From: Ylistrum balloti
Lineage: Eukaryota
Length of the DNA stretch: 64,000 nt
Assembly (NCBI RefSeq): GCF_031769215.1
Contig: NW_026782351.1
Span: forward strand, 1-64,000
Direction of reading: 5' to 3'
The translations under genes were made by a program, and so were the position numbers. How positions within the stretch are numbered: position 1 is the stretch's first letter; the number at the start of each line of letters is the position of its first letter. Positions 53,791 to 64,000 of the stretch are shown piece by piece. The notes beneath the pieces are model-generated. The model was given only the letters and a program-made list of their open reading frames with translations. It ran no database searches and had not been told where the DNA came from.

Positions 53791-56700
53791 TGTCGTTTAA
53801 AGACTTGAGAAGTAGGTGTTCCTTTTGATTAACATATGAAGCCAAATAGCTTTGTATTCTACTTACAAAGGAAAAGTGTTACATAGTAACTATATTTCAC
53901 TGGCGCCAGTGGCGGGCAGGCCTGAAAATTCTGACTTGTCAGGTCGGGCACTGCAGAAGAAGTCAGTCATGGGATTATATGTTGCCTTACAATCCTTTAA
54001 CCAAATGGTAGAATCTACTGCTAGAGTCTTTAAGAAGTTGAAGTTGAGAGTACATGTCGCCTTAATAACCCCGGCTACTGGAAGTTTTCTAACCAAGGGT
54101 TAGAGTACTTTTTTCTGTCTCGAAAATGAAATAAAAGTTAATGTTGACATTGTCATTTTACACACAGAAATCTATCACTGTTTTATCTAACTAGAGACAG
54201 AGGGTCAATAAATCAAACCCCATCAATTGCAGGGTATTTTCAACTCAATATAGTCTTTCGACATCAACAACTACATTAACAATGTTGGAGGTTCAACATG
54301 GATGGAAACTTTTGACAAGATTGGTCAATGGAATTGGATGGAATTAGATCTCTTTTAACTTTACGGGTAGTGGATTACATTTTGATTTATAGCTATTCAA
54401 GTGTATATATTGCTCAACTAGTTTTCCATTAGTAGCTATCAGGAACTGAAGAAAAGCAAGTTTTTCCAAGATAAAATTGCATATGCACAAAACAGAATTA
54501 CCAGAATTATATCAGAGTGCTTATAAACAACATCGAAAATACATACAATTTTTTTTTTTTAGGAATTAATTGAGTTAATTAAGTAGATACTCAATGCTCT
54601 ATTGTTTTAAATCAAAATTAACTGCAGTATATTAAGATATTATTGATAAACATCCCCAGTGAGTTTCAAGTCTCTTTCATGCATATGCATTTTTATCTGA
54701 AAAATAATTTTTTCTTTCATTTTGGTAAAATTGAAAACAGCTATTATAGCGATATCAAAATTAAACAGGAATAAACCAACATGAGCCCAACCTGCATGTC
54801 AAGTTGTCAACCTTAATCCATTAATATCTTGGATTGAAGCATGTAGATCAATGCTCTATTTTATCAAAGCCTTTAAATTCTGACCCATGTACCATATTGT
54901 TTTTTGTAATGAATTGATATACTCTGTCATTACAGAGTCATATTCAATGAAATGAATTAAAAATATCCTTGTGTAAACCTAGCTCAAATTTCCGTTGGTC
55001 CTCACACCAGACGTTGGACATTTGTTAAACATAAATAATCTCTCACTGCTGATATTTTGATAGAAATGTGTGGAAAGTTGGGCTAGTAGAATTTACTGTA
55101 TGACTTCAGTTAATTGTGTTCCTTGTCTCTTGTACGTACATGTAAATATGTAGGCAGCGTTGGCATTTATGTAATATGAATTGCTCTTTCAATGATTTAT
55201 TGCCAGATAACATATAACACTACCTTTTTAATCATCAGGAAAATATATAAGTAATATTTTATTATTAGATACCATATACCAGATATGTACATTATGTAAT
55301 AGGAAAGTGCAATGGGATGTGACCTGGATTCATATAATATATGTGCACACTGCATATATACAAGTAATTTGGAACCAAATCAGCTCCCAGGTCACTGGTA
55401 CAGAGTGGTGCCAAAAGTATTTGTGACTTTCAAGATGGCAGATGTAGATAGGAAACGATTAAACAATTAAAACTCAAATTAAATATGGGTATCTTCAATT
55501 CACTCTAACCTTCTATTTGGTGAGGTGATTGTGTATTTCTGCCAACAGATGATGGGGGATTGAATTACACAGTGAAAAATATAATCAGATCTCAATGGAA
55601 GCCAGATGTTAGAAATAATGGGCAAAGCGTCTTGTTGAGTCCTGATGTTCGGTACCCAATTTGGAAGAATCTGTTTGATCCACAGTTGTTAATTTTTGAT
55701 AATGTTAATATCAGGAAACTGGGCTGGCCTTGTGATGGTCAGAATATTCTTTTGCTTGTATTAAGTGTTAAGATGTGCTGATGGTCAGGGAAATTGTCAT
55801 CTTGGAAATGTTATGGACTGTCTGTTGGCTGAGTAGAAACATAAGCTAGCAATTCAACATCCCAATATGTTATTGGACATTGATATTACTTAGCTTATGA
55901 ATAGGGTCTGTCATCATCATGGAATTATATTCCACACCATAATAGATACATGTCAGTACTGGAGAGGATCTAGGCACTGGGGTTAGTGACCACTGATTTT
56001 CATCAGAAAATATTACAGTTTTCATTACTAGTCCTCGTAAAGCCGTCTTTTCTTTCCTGTTAATTTCTGATACCACATTTTCTTTCACTACTCAATGTTT
56101 CATATCATTGTTACATTTGTATTACAGATTTTACAGAGATGACCAGAGCTTTAGGGTACCCAAGATTAATATCTATGGAAAATTTTCGAACACCAAATTT
56201 CCCATTAGTTGCAGAAGTTTTAAAATGGCTGGTGAAAAGGTATAGTGTTTTATATATTTTTCTAACATGTACTACAAACACACAAATAAAGATTGAGGAG
56301 GAACATCTTGCATTGTTTCACGTAAAAAGGTAGATCTGACCAATGTTTCATTCTGTTAGAAACATTATCTTATCATTGAATAGCACAGTGATCTATGTGT
56401 TAGAAGTGTTATTTAAACATTTATTATATCCATGTACATGTAGTACAATTATGTTCATGTAATATATTTACAGGAAAATCAACTTACTTAACACTTTTTT
56501 GAAATCTGATATTGCAAGTGATAATTTTTACATAATCTGATTGCAATTTTGGATTGCGACAACTTTTCATCAATGATTTTTTTTTCTAGATATGACCCAA
56601 ATGCTGATGTTCAAGGAGATACTGACACTGAACAGGATAGAGTGATCTTTGTGAAGACTGTAGCAGAGTTTATGGTAAGTGACAAAATATTGTTAGCTTT

Positions 56701-59700
56701 GTAAAGTCTGAAGCCAAGTTTCAAGATAGAGTGATCTTTATAAAGTCTATAGCCAAGTGTCAGGATAGAGTGATCTTTATAAAGTCTATAGCCAAGTGTC
56801 AGGATAGAGTGATCTTTATAAAGTCTATAGCCAAGTGTCAGGATAGAGTGATCTTTATAAAGTCTATAGCCAAGTGTCAGGATAGAGTGATCTTTATAAA
56901 GTCTATAGCCAAGTGTCAGGATAGAGTGATCTTTATAAAGTCTATAGCCAAGTGTCAGGATAGTGATCTTCATAAAGTCAAATGTCAGTGATCTTAACAA
57001 ATTGTGGAACCAAGTGTCAGGATAGTGATCTTCATAAAGTCTGTAACCAAGTGTCATGATAGAATGATATTTACAAATTGTTGAACCAATTGTCAAGATG
57101 GAGTGATCTTTACAAAGTCTGTAACCAAGTGTCAGGATAGAGTGATCTTAACAAATTGTGGAACCAAGTGTCACGATAGAGTGATCTTTACAAAGTCTGT
57201 AACCAAGTGTCACGATAGAGTGATCTTTACAAAGTCTGTAACCAAGTGTTACGATAGAGTGATCTTTACAAAGTCTATAGCCAAGTGTCACGATAGAGTG
57301 ATCTTTACAAAGTCTGTAACCAAGTGTTAGGATAGAGTGATCTTTATAAAGTCTGTAACCAAGTGTCACGATAGAGTGATCTTTACAAAGTCTATAGCCA
57401 AGTGTCACGATAGAGTGATCTTTACAAAGTCTGTAACCAACCAATTGTCAAGTGTTATGATAAGTGATCTTTACAAAGATCTTTACAAAGTCTATAGCCA
57501 AGTGTTATGATAGAGTGATCTTTACAAAGTCTGTAACCAAGTGTCAGGATAGAGTGATCTTTATAAAGTTATACAAATTGTAAAGTCTAACCAAGTGTCT
57601 TTATAAAGTCTATAGCCAAGTGTAGATAAGTGATCTTGTACAAAGTCTGTAACCAAGTGTCACGATAGAGTGATCTTTACAAAGTCTGTAACCAAGTGTT
57701 ATGATAGAGTAATCGTAAAAGTCTGTAGACAAATATCAGCATATAGTGTCCTGTGTAAAATCTGTTGGCAAGTTTATGATAAGTGTCAGGGTAGAGTATC
57801 AGTAAGGTAATGTTTGTAGCAGAGTTACACATAAAAATCTCGCTAAATCACAATGTTATTGATGTGCATTATATCAGAATCTTACACTTGTTCTTATAGT
57901 TGATTTTGTAAACCATTTTGATTCTGACTTTATCATTTTAGGCAACCAAAGCTCACATCAAACTCAACACTAAAAAATTATACCAAGCAGATGGCTATGC
58001 TGTAAAGGAATTGTTGAAAGTAACGTCTGTTCTCTATAACGCCATGAAAACAAATGTAATAGATCAGCTGGAGAACCCAGAGGATGATGTTTCTCACCTG
58101 TCATTTGATGTCTCCTCCAGGGTAGGTCAGATAGATCAGTATGCTTCAATGTCTTCCCCATTGTGCATGTATATTGTATGTCAATCCAAAGCTAACTACA
58201 AAAGTTTTTCTATCAAAATCAATAAAATAGTAGATTATAATGTCATTGACTGTATGTCATAATGATAAAACCGAACAAGTTTTGATTTGGTAGAAATTGA
58301 AGAGATCTGAAGGCCATATGAAATTACTTAAAAAGTGAAGTTCGTAACTCTTCCAAAATTTGTTAAATCAAAATCTTATTGAGGAACACACTGCTTTATG
58401 CTATAGTGATTAGATATCTATGTCAAGTTTTAAAGAAAGTAGTGGAAAATACTGAAAGGAAAAAAAATTCTGACAAAGTTTTGAATGTTTAGGAAAAGCT
58501 AACCATTTATATACTTACTAAACTTTGTTGTATCCAAATCCTTTTCAGTAAACATTTTCATATTATAGTAATAAAACTCTCGAAGATTTGAAGATATCTG
58601 ATCTAAACTAATTAGAGAAGTTTCATGGATAGGATTAAAATGCATGAAATCAAAGGGAAATTACTCTTAAATCCTTGCTGAATCAAATGCTGTTCAGGAT
58701 AACACAATTCCATGTCAGAAATAAATAATACGAGGAAAACTCCAGGCAAGATTTAAGTCATATTACAAAAGATTAGCAAAAATCGAATAGCAATGAAATT
58801 ACCAAGTAGGAAAGCACAACTTCATGTCATAGTTATATAGCCTATCAAGTTTCAAAGAGATTGGTTGAAAACTGAGATCTCTCTTGAAAAACTATCAAAC
58901 AACACATATTTTCTATGGTAAGTAAAAAAGAAAATAGATAAATAAATACCATGTTGCACTGCCATGTCTCTTTTTGGGTATGTCACAAAAAAAAACAAAA
59001 AAAAATTTCAGCCTTTTCTTTCATTTCTTAGCAGGGGTAGGTGGCAGATATCTGTCTCCTTCAAGATAGGTCACAGCGTTTGATATAAAGAATTTGATGT
59101 AAACATAAATACAAATAAAAATGAATCCAGAAGCAAGTTAGGATAACTTATATGTATCCATAGAGACATGGTTAAAAGATGTTCAAGATTTTCATTTCTA
59201 GTTGGTAGAGTTGTTGTGTTCTCTTGATATAACTCATTAAATATGTTAAGCAGTTTAAGTATAAATCTAAGATAACATGCTCTTGTTTTACTTGCTGCAT
59301 CAGGGCAGTAAAACAGGTCTATGAGATAGATGTAGAGGCTGTCTGGCACAATATTGTATTTGAAGTGATATACGTATTAGACACAAAAACGTATGTATAA
59401 AAAGACTGCCAGAACAAAGAAGTGAAAATGTTAGTCGATAGTTTTGAGCACTCCATATATTACATGTATAATTGACACTTGTTTTAAATTAGATTAGTGA
59501 ACTGAAGGAAGCAAGAAGATTAGCATCAGAAATCACAACAAAGGGAGCTACGCTTTATGACCTGTTGGGTAGGGAGGTCGACCTCAGGGTAAGTTATTAT
59601 CATTTACTAGGGATGTCAGCAAGTATTCAAATAGGTACCCATTTGGTAGTATTTCAATAGGAAATTGACATTTGATTATTTATTTAAGCTGTTAATAACA

Positions 59701-62700
59701 TTTGTAAGATGGCTAAGATCTTCGACAAAGTTAGTTTTCATTCTAAATAGAACTTTGTCAGCTAAAACAGCTAAGTATAATTAGAGTTCAAAGTTTTCAC
59801 CTGTACAATTCATCATGACACTAATTAGTAAGAGTGTCTGAGGTCACCATAATCCAGGTTAGTGTCACATCTGATGTGCATGTTATTTTAATATAAGCTT
59901 TAATTTACATTTAGTTCGTGTGACATTGTTCTGAACTTGATAATGTTTCTAGAAGAATTCTTTCCTGCACATTTCTGTATCAAAATAATTCAAAATGATG
60001 CATTATAACTTTTGTATTATTTTAGTGACCCAACATAATCTTTAAGTGAAATAATTTATTCTATTTAAACTATACATCCCATTTGTAATCTGTACAACTG
60101 AAAGTGTAAACCTACAGAACTACAACATTTATTTTTTGGTAAATGTGATTCTGATGTCGAGAGAAACTAAACATCATGCTTTGTCTGTACCCAACAGGAA
60201 CAGAGATCAGTGGTTATTGCCAAATCTCTAGAGATCAATGAAGTAGAGAGTGGGATGGCCAACTCCATCAAGGCTGTTGAGGTAATGTATCCTACTATAA
60301 ACAATACATCTATTGACACAGTATGATTACTATAGGTGTATTGTACATAGCAATTATGTCTTAGCTGTGGACATTATCAATGTTCATGGAAATTATGTCT
60401 TAGCTGTGGACATTATCAATGTTCATGGAAATTATGTCTTAGCTGTGGACATTATCAATGTTCATGGAAATTATGTCTTAGCTGTGAACATGATCAATTA
60501 TGGCAATTATGTCTTTGCTGTGGACATTATCAGTTATCATGGCAATTATGTCTTAGCTGTGGACATAATCAGTTAACATGGCAATTATGTCTTAGCTGTG
60601 GACATTAACAATGTTCATGGCAATTATGTCTTAGCTGTGGACATTAACAATGTTCATGGCAATTATGTCTTAGCTGTGGACATTAACAATGTTCATGGTT
60701 ATTATGTCTTTGCTGTGGACATTAACAATGTTCATGGCAATTATGTCTTAGCTGTGGACATTAACAATGTTCATGGTTATTATGTCTTTGCTGTGGACAT
60801 TATCTGTGTTCATGACAATTATGTCTTAGCTGTGGACATTAACAATATTCATGGCAATTATGTCTTAGCTGTGGACATTAACAATGTTCATGGCAATTAT
60901 GTCTTAGCTGTGGACATTAACAATGTTCATGGCAATTATGTCTTAGCTGTGGACATTAACAATGTTCATGGTTATTATGTCTTTGCTGTGGACATTATCT
61001 GTGTTCATGACAATTATGTCTTAGCTGTGGACATTAACAATATTCATGGCAATTATGTCTTAGCTGTGGACATTAACAATGTTCATGGCAATTATGTCTT
61101 AGCTGTGGACATTAACAATGTTCATGGTTATTATGTCTTAGCTGTGGACATTAACAATGTTCATGGTTATTATGTCTTTGCTGTGGACATTATCAGTGTC
61201 CATGGCAATTATGTCTTAGCTGTGGACATTAACAATGTTCATGGCAATTATGTCTTAGCTGTGGACATTAACAATGTTCATGGTTATTATGTCTTTGCTG
61301 TGGACATTATCAGTGTTCATGGCAATTATGTCTTAGCTGTGGACATTAACAATGTTCATGGCAATTATGTCTTAGCTGTGGACATTAACAATGTTCATGG
61401 TTATTATGTCTTAGCTGTGGACATTATCAGTGCTTATGGTAATTATGTCTGACCTGGGTTACTATCATTGTTATGGTAATATGTTTTGGTAGTGGATTTT
61501 GTCAGTATTGTGGTTACTTTAATGGTTGATATGAATAATACTTTTGAGTTGGGATACATGGTTGAAATGATAAACCTTTGATAAATTCAATATGAAGGGC
61601 TCTTTTATGATTGTATTACAGGAACTGTATTTACGTAATATTGTATTTCCAGTAGACATTCAAATTGACTGTAACCACTTATTGACTGCATATCTCTGCT
61701 TCATGACATACAAATTTCAGAAGTCAGCTGTGAAATTTTAAACTTCCAACAAAATATGGTTACAATTAAGTTTAATAAAACATTGATGATTCCAACTTGA
61801 AATGACAAACAAAAAGGCTTCTGCATTAAAAAAGATAATATATTCTGGTCATATGTAATGTTATTAGCTTAAGCCTTGTTTAAATCTGTTTACGTTGACC
61901 CATCTACATGGTCATATGTGTCAGATTTATCTAAAGCTTTAAAAATCAAACTCACTGGTACATTGTACAACAGTATGTAGTATTGCTGGTTATTTGATTG
62001 ATACTGGCTAACTCTACGAGAAACAGTGGTGAATTCATATTTACATTTAAACCTGTCCATAGAGGCTACACTGGAGCAGAAGAAAAGTGGCCTTAGGCAA
62101 GTGACATTTATACAGAAGTTCAAATACTAATTTGTATTGAATGGGGACCTTTAACCAGTAGGCTTTATAGAGAGGTGTTTGTTATAAAGAGATAGCCTTT
62201 ATAGAAAGGTATCATAATTGTTAAATATAGGTGGCCTGGATATACAGGTATTTGTTATGTACAGGTGGTCTTTATGGGGAGTATTTTGATTTAGAGGTGT
62301 TTGTTATCAAGAGGTAGCCTTTATAGAAAGGTATCATAATTATTAAATATAGGTGGCCTGGATAGACAGGTATTTTTTATGTACAGGTGGTCCTTATAGG
62401 GAGTATTTTTATAAAGAGGCGGTCTTAAGGTATGTTTAGCTTTACTTATGTACCTTTGGCAGTGATTCATACATGCCATCTTCTACATGTCACATTTCTC
62501 AGCTCTACATCTTCATCAGTGGTATCCTAGCTTATCGGATATAGATACTGTTACCATTGTGATGAAAAGATGTGATTCATGTACTTACAGACATGCTATA
62601 AGATATGATTGATTTTAATAATGGTACTACAATGTTTATTGATACTTTTTTAGGCTGAGGTTAAGAAGACACTCCACATGTTAGACAATGTAGCATCGGA

Positions 62701-64000
62701 TGAGGCCAATCTGGAGGCCAAGATTGATAAAAAGAGGAATGAACTGGAGAGAAACAATAAGAGGTTACAGACTCTGCAGAGTGTACGACCTGCTTACATG
62801 GACGAGTATGAGAAACTGGAGGAGGACCTACAGAAGTTATATGAGGTCTACATGAACAAATTCAGGAATCTCACATACCTAGAATCACAACTAGAAGATT
62901 ACAATAGAGCAGAGCAAGATAGATTTGAGGTAAGGGCAGGATAAAATTCAGTTTTATGTAAGAAAGATGTAAAACCAGAGCAGTATAAAACTTGAGGTAA
63001 ACAAGGTGTAATATTAGAGCAGAGGAAAACTGAGAGCTTAACAAATTGTAATATTAGAGCAGAGTAAAACTGAGTTAGAGGTTAACAAGAAGTAGTATTA
63101 GAGCAGGGAAAAATAATTTAGAGGTTAACAAGAAGGTTAAATATAAAAGCAGAGTAAAACTGAATTAGAGGTTAACAAGGTGTAATATTAGAGCAGAGTA
63201 AAACTGAATTAGAGGTTAACAAGAAGTAGTATTAGAGCAGAGTAAAACTGAGTTAGAGGTTAACAAGAAGTAGTATTAGAGCAGAGTAAAACTGAGTTAG
63301 AGGTTAACAAGGTGTAATATTAGAGCAGAGTAAAACTGAGTTAGAGGTTAACAAGAAGTAGTATTAGAGCAGAGTAAAACTGAGTTAGAGGTTAACAAGA
63401 AGTAGTATTAGAGCAGAGTAAAACTGAGTTAGAGGTTAACAAGGTGTAATATTAGAGCAGAGTAAAACTGAATTAGAGGTTAACAAGAAATAGTATTAGA
63501 GCAGAGTAAAACTGAGTTAGAGGTTAACAAGGTGTAATATTAGAGCAGAGTAAAACTGAATTAGAGGTTAACAAGAAATAGTATTAGAGCAGAGTAAAAC
63601 TGAGTTAGAGGTTAACAAGAAGTAGTATTAGAGCAGAGTAAAACTGAGTTAGAGGTTAACAAGAAGTAGTATTAGAGCAGAGTAAAACTGAGTTAGAGGT
63701 TAACAAGAAGTAGTATTAGAGCAGAGTAAAACTGAGTTAGAGGTTAACAAGAAGTAGTATTAGAGCAGAGTAAAACTGAGTTAGAGGTTAACAAGAAGTA
63801 GTATTAGAGCAGAGTAAAACTGAGTTAGAGGTTAACAAGAAGTAGTATTAGAGCAGGGTAAAACAGAGTTTTAGGGGAGAAAGCTTGACATCAGTTTGTT
63901 GTTTTAGTGAATGATTATGAATCATGGTATGTGTGATCTTGACATTTGAGAGGGAAATTGGTTGTTATAGGAAACTGAGGAGAAGCTTAAGCAAATGGCT
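53790..64000 (+). CDS. CLUAP1: Clusterin-associated protein 1 / IFT38 (intraflagellar transport complex B); 3'-partial
   Basis: Exons 53790-53811, 56128-56239, 56590-56674, 57942-58121, 59493-59588, 60198-60281, 62654-62929, 63971-64000 (cut by window edge). Translation [32 protein letters not shown]...EQDRVIF...[26 protein letters not shown]...[13 protein letters not shown]...[13 protein letters not shown]...[16 protein letters not shown]. Confidence 0.96.
55399..56090 (-). pseudogene. Decayed Tc1-family (DD34E-type) transposase fragment with one TIR, in CLUAP1 intron 1
   Basis: Minus-strand motifs KTVIFSDE (about 56000-56020), FQDDNFPDH (about 55780-55808), [13 protein letters not shown] (about 55692-55730) and C-terminal SIPHHL...TK, interrupted by stops and frameshifts. 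TA|CAGAGTGGTGCCAAAAGTATTTG at 55399 resembles Tc1 TIRs. Confidence 0.8.
56696..57790 (+). repeat. 39-bp minisatellite derived from the 3' end of CLUAP1 exon 3
   Basis: Unit caggatagagtgatctttataaagtctatagccaagtgt; its first 32 nt match exon positions 56633-56664 at 28/32; more than 20 copies, degenerating to the right. Confidence 0.95.
60340..61452 (+). repeat. 39-bp minisatellite (about 28 copies) in CLUAP1 intron 6
   Basis: Unit gacattaacaatgttcatggcaattatgtcttagctgtg; a 5-unit (195-bp) higher-order duplication is visible at 60781 and 60976. Confidence 0.95.
62140..62440. mobile_element. Degenerate duplicated ~125-bp block with agaggtggtctttatag-type subrepeats (probable DNA-transposon fragment)
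   Basis: agaggtgtttgttat...agcctttatagaaaggtatcataatt...aggtggcctggata occurs at about 62168 and 62294. Confidence 0.45.
62975..63872 (+). repeat. 44-bp minisatellite (about 20 copies) resembling the 3' end of CLUAP1 exon 7 plus its donor
   Basis: Unit tattagagcagagtaaaactgagttagaggttaacaagaagtag (variant ...aacaaggtgtaa); exon end reads aatagagcagagcaagatagatttgag|gtaagg. Confidence 0.95.

Noticed and set aside
53898-53911. 14-bp perfect palindrome CACTGGCGCCAGTG
   Set aside because: Isolated and probably part of a small transposon remnant; no supporting context.
56611-57444. Several ORFs on both strands over the intron-3 array
   Set aside because: Consequence of the 39-nt period; not independent genes.
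60598-61452. 284-aa repetitive ORF ([13 protein letters not shown])n
   Set aside because: By-product of a stop-free 39-nt repeat in CLUAP1 intron 6; no convincing start context or splice boundaries.

Overview
AT-rich (about one-third GC by eye) animal genomic DNA with spliceosomal introns. The Helentron/HINE-type repeats suggest a bivalve mollusc (inference). Six protein-coding genes sit in three head-to-head pairs: MICU1(-)/PCNA(+), TMA16(-)/MRPL12(+) and cytosolic-type SHMT(-)/CLUAP1(+). MICU1 runs off the left edge and CLUAP1 off the right edge. Exons were assembled by hand from splice signals plus protein similarity recalled from memory; no database search was run. Introns and intergenic DNA carry a probable solo LTR, several HINE-like elements with internal tandem arrays, MITEs, a decayed Tc1 transposase and five minisatellites. 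Two main leads. (1) A cluster of frame-preserving micro-exon candidates, plus a possible poison exon, in the 7.4-kb MICU1 intron that matches the position of the vertebrate MICU1.1 micro-exon. (2) A recurring 'exon echo' pattern: intronic tandem repeats start just after a 5' splice site and are built from the 3' end of the preceding exon (up to three CLUAP1 introns, one MICU1 intron). No CRISPR array, rRNA or intact tRNA was found.
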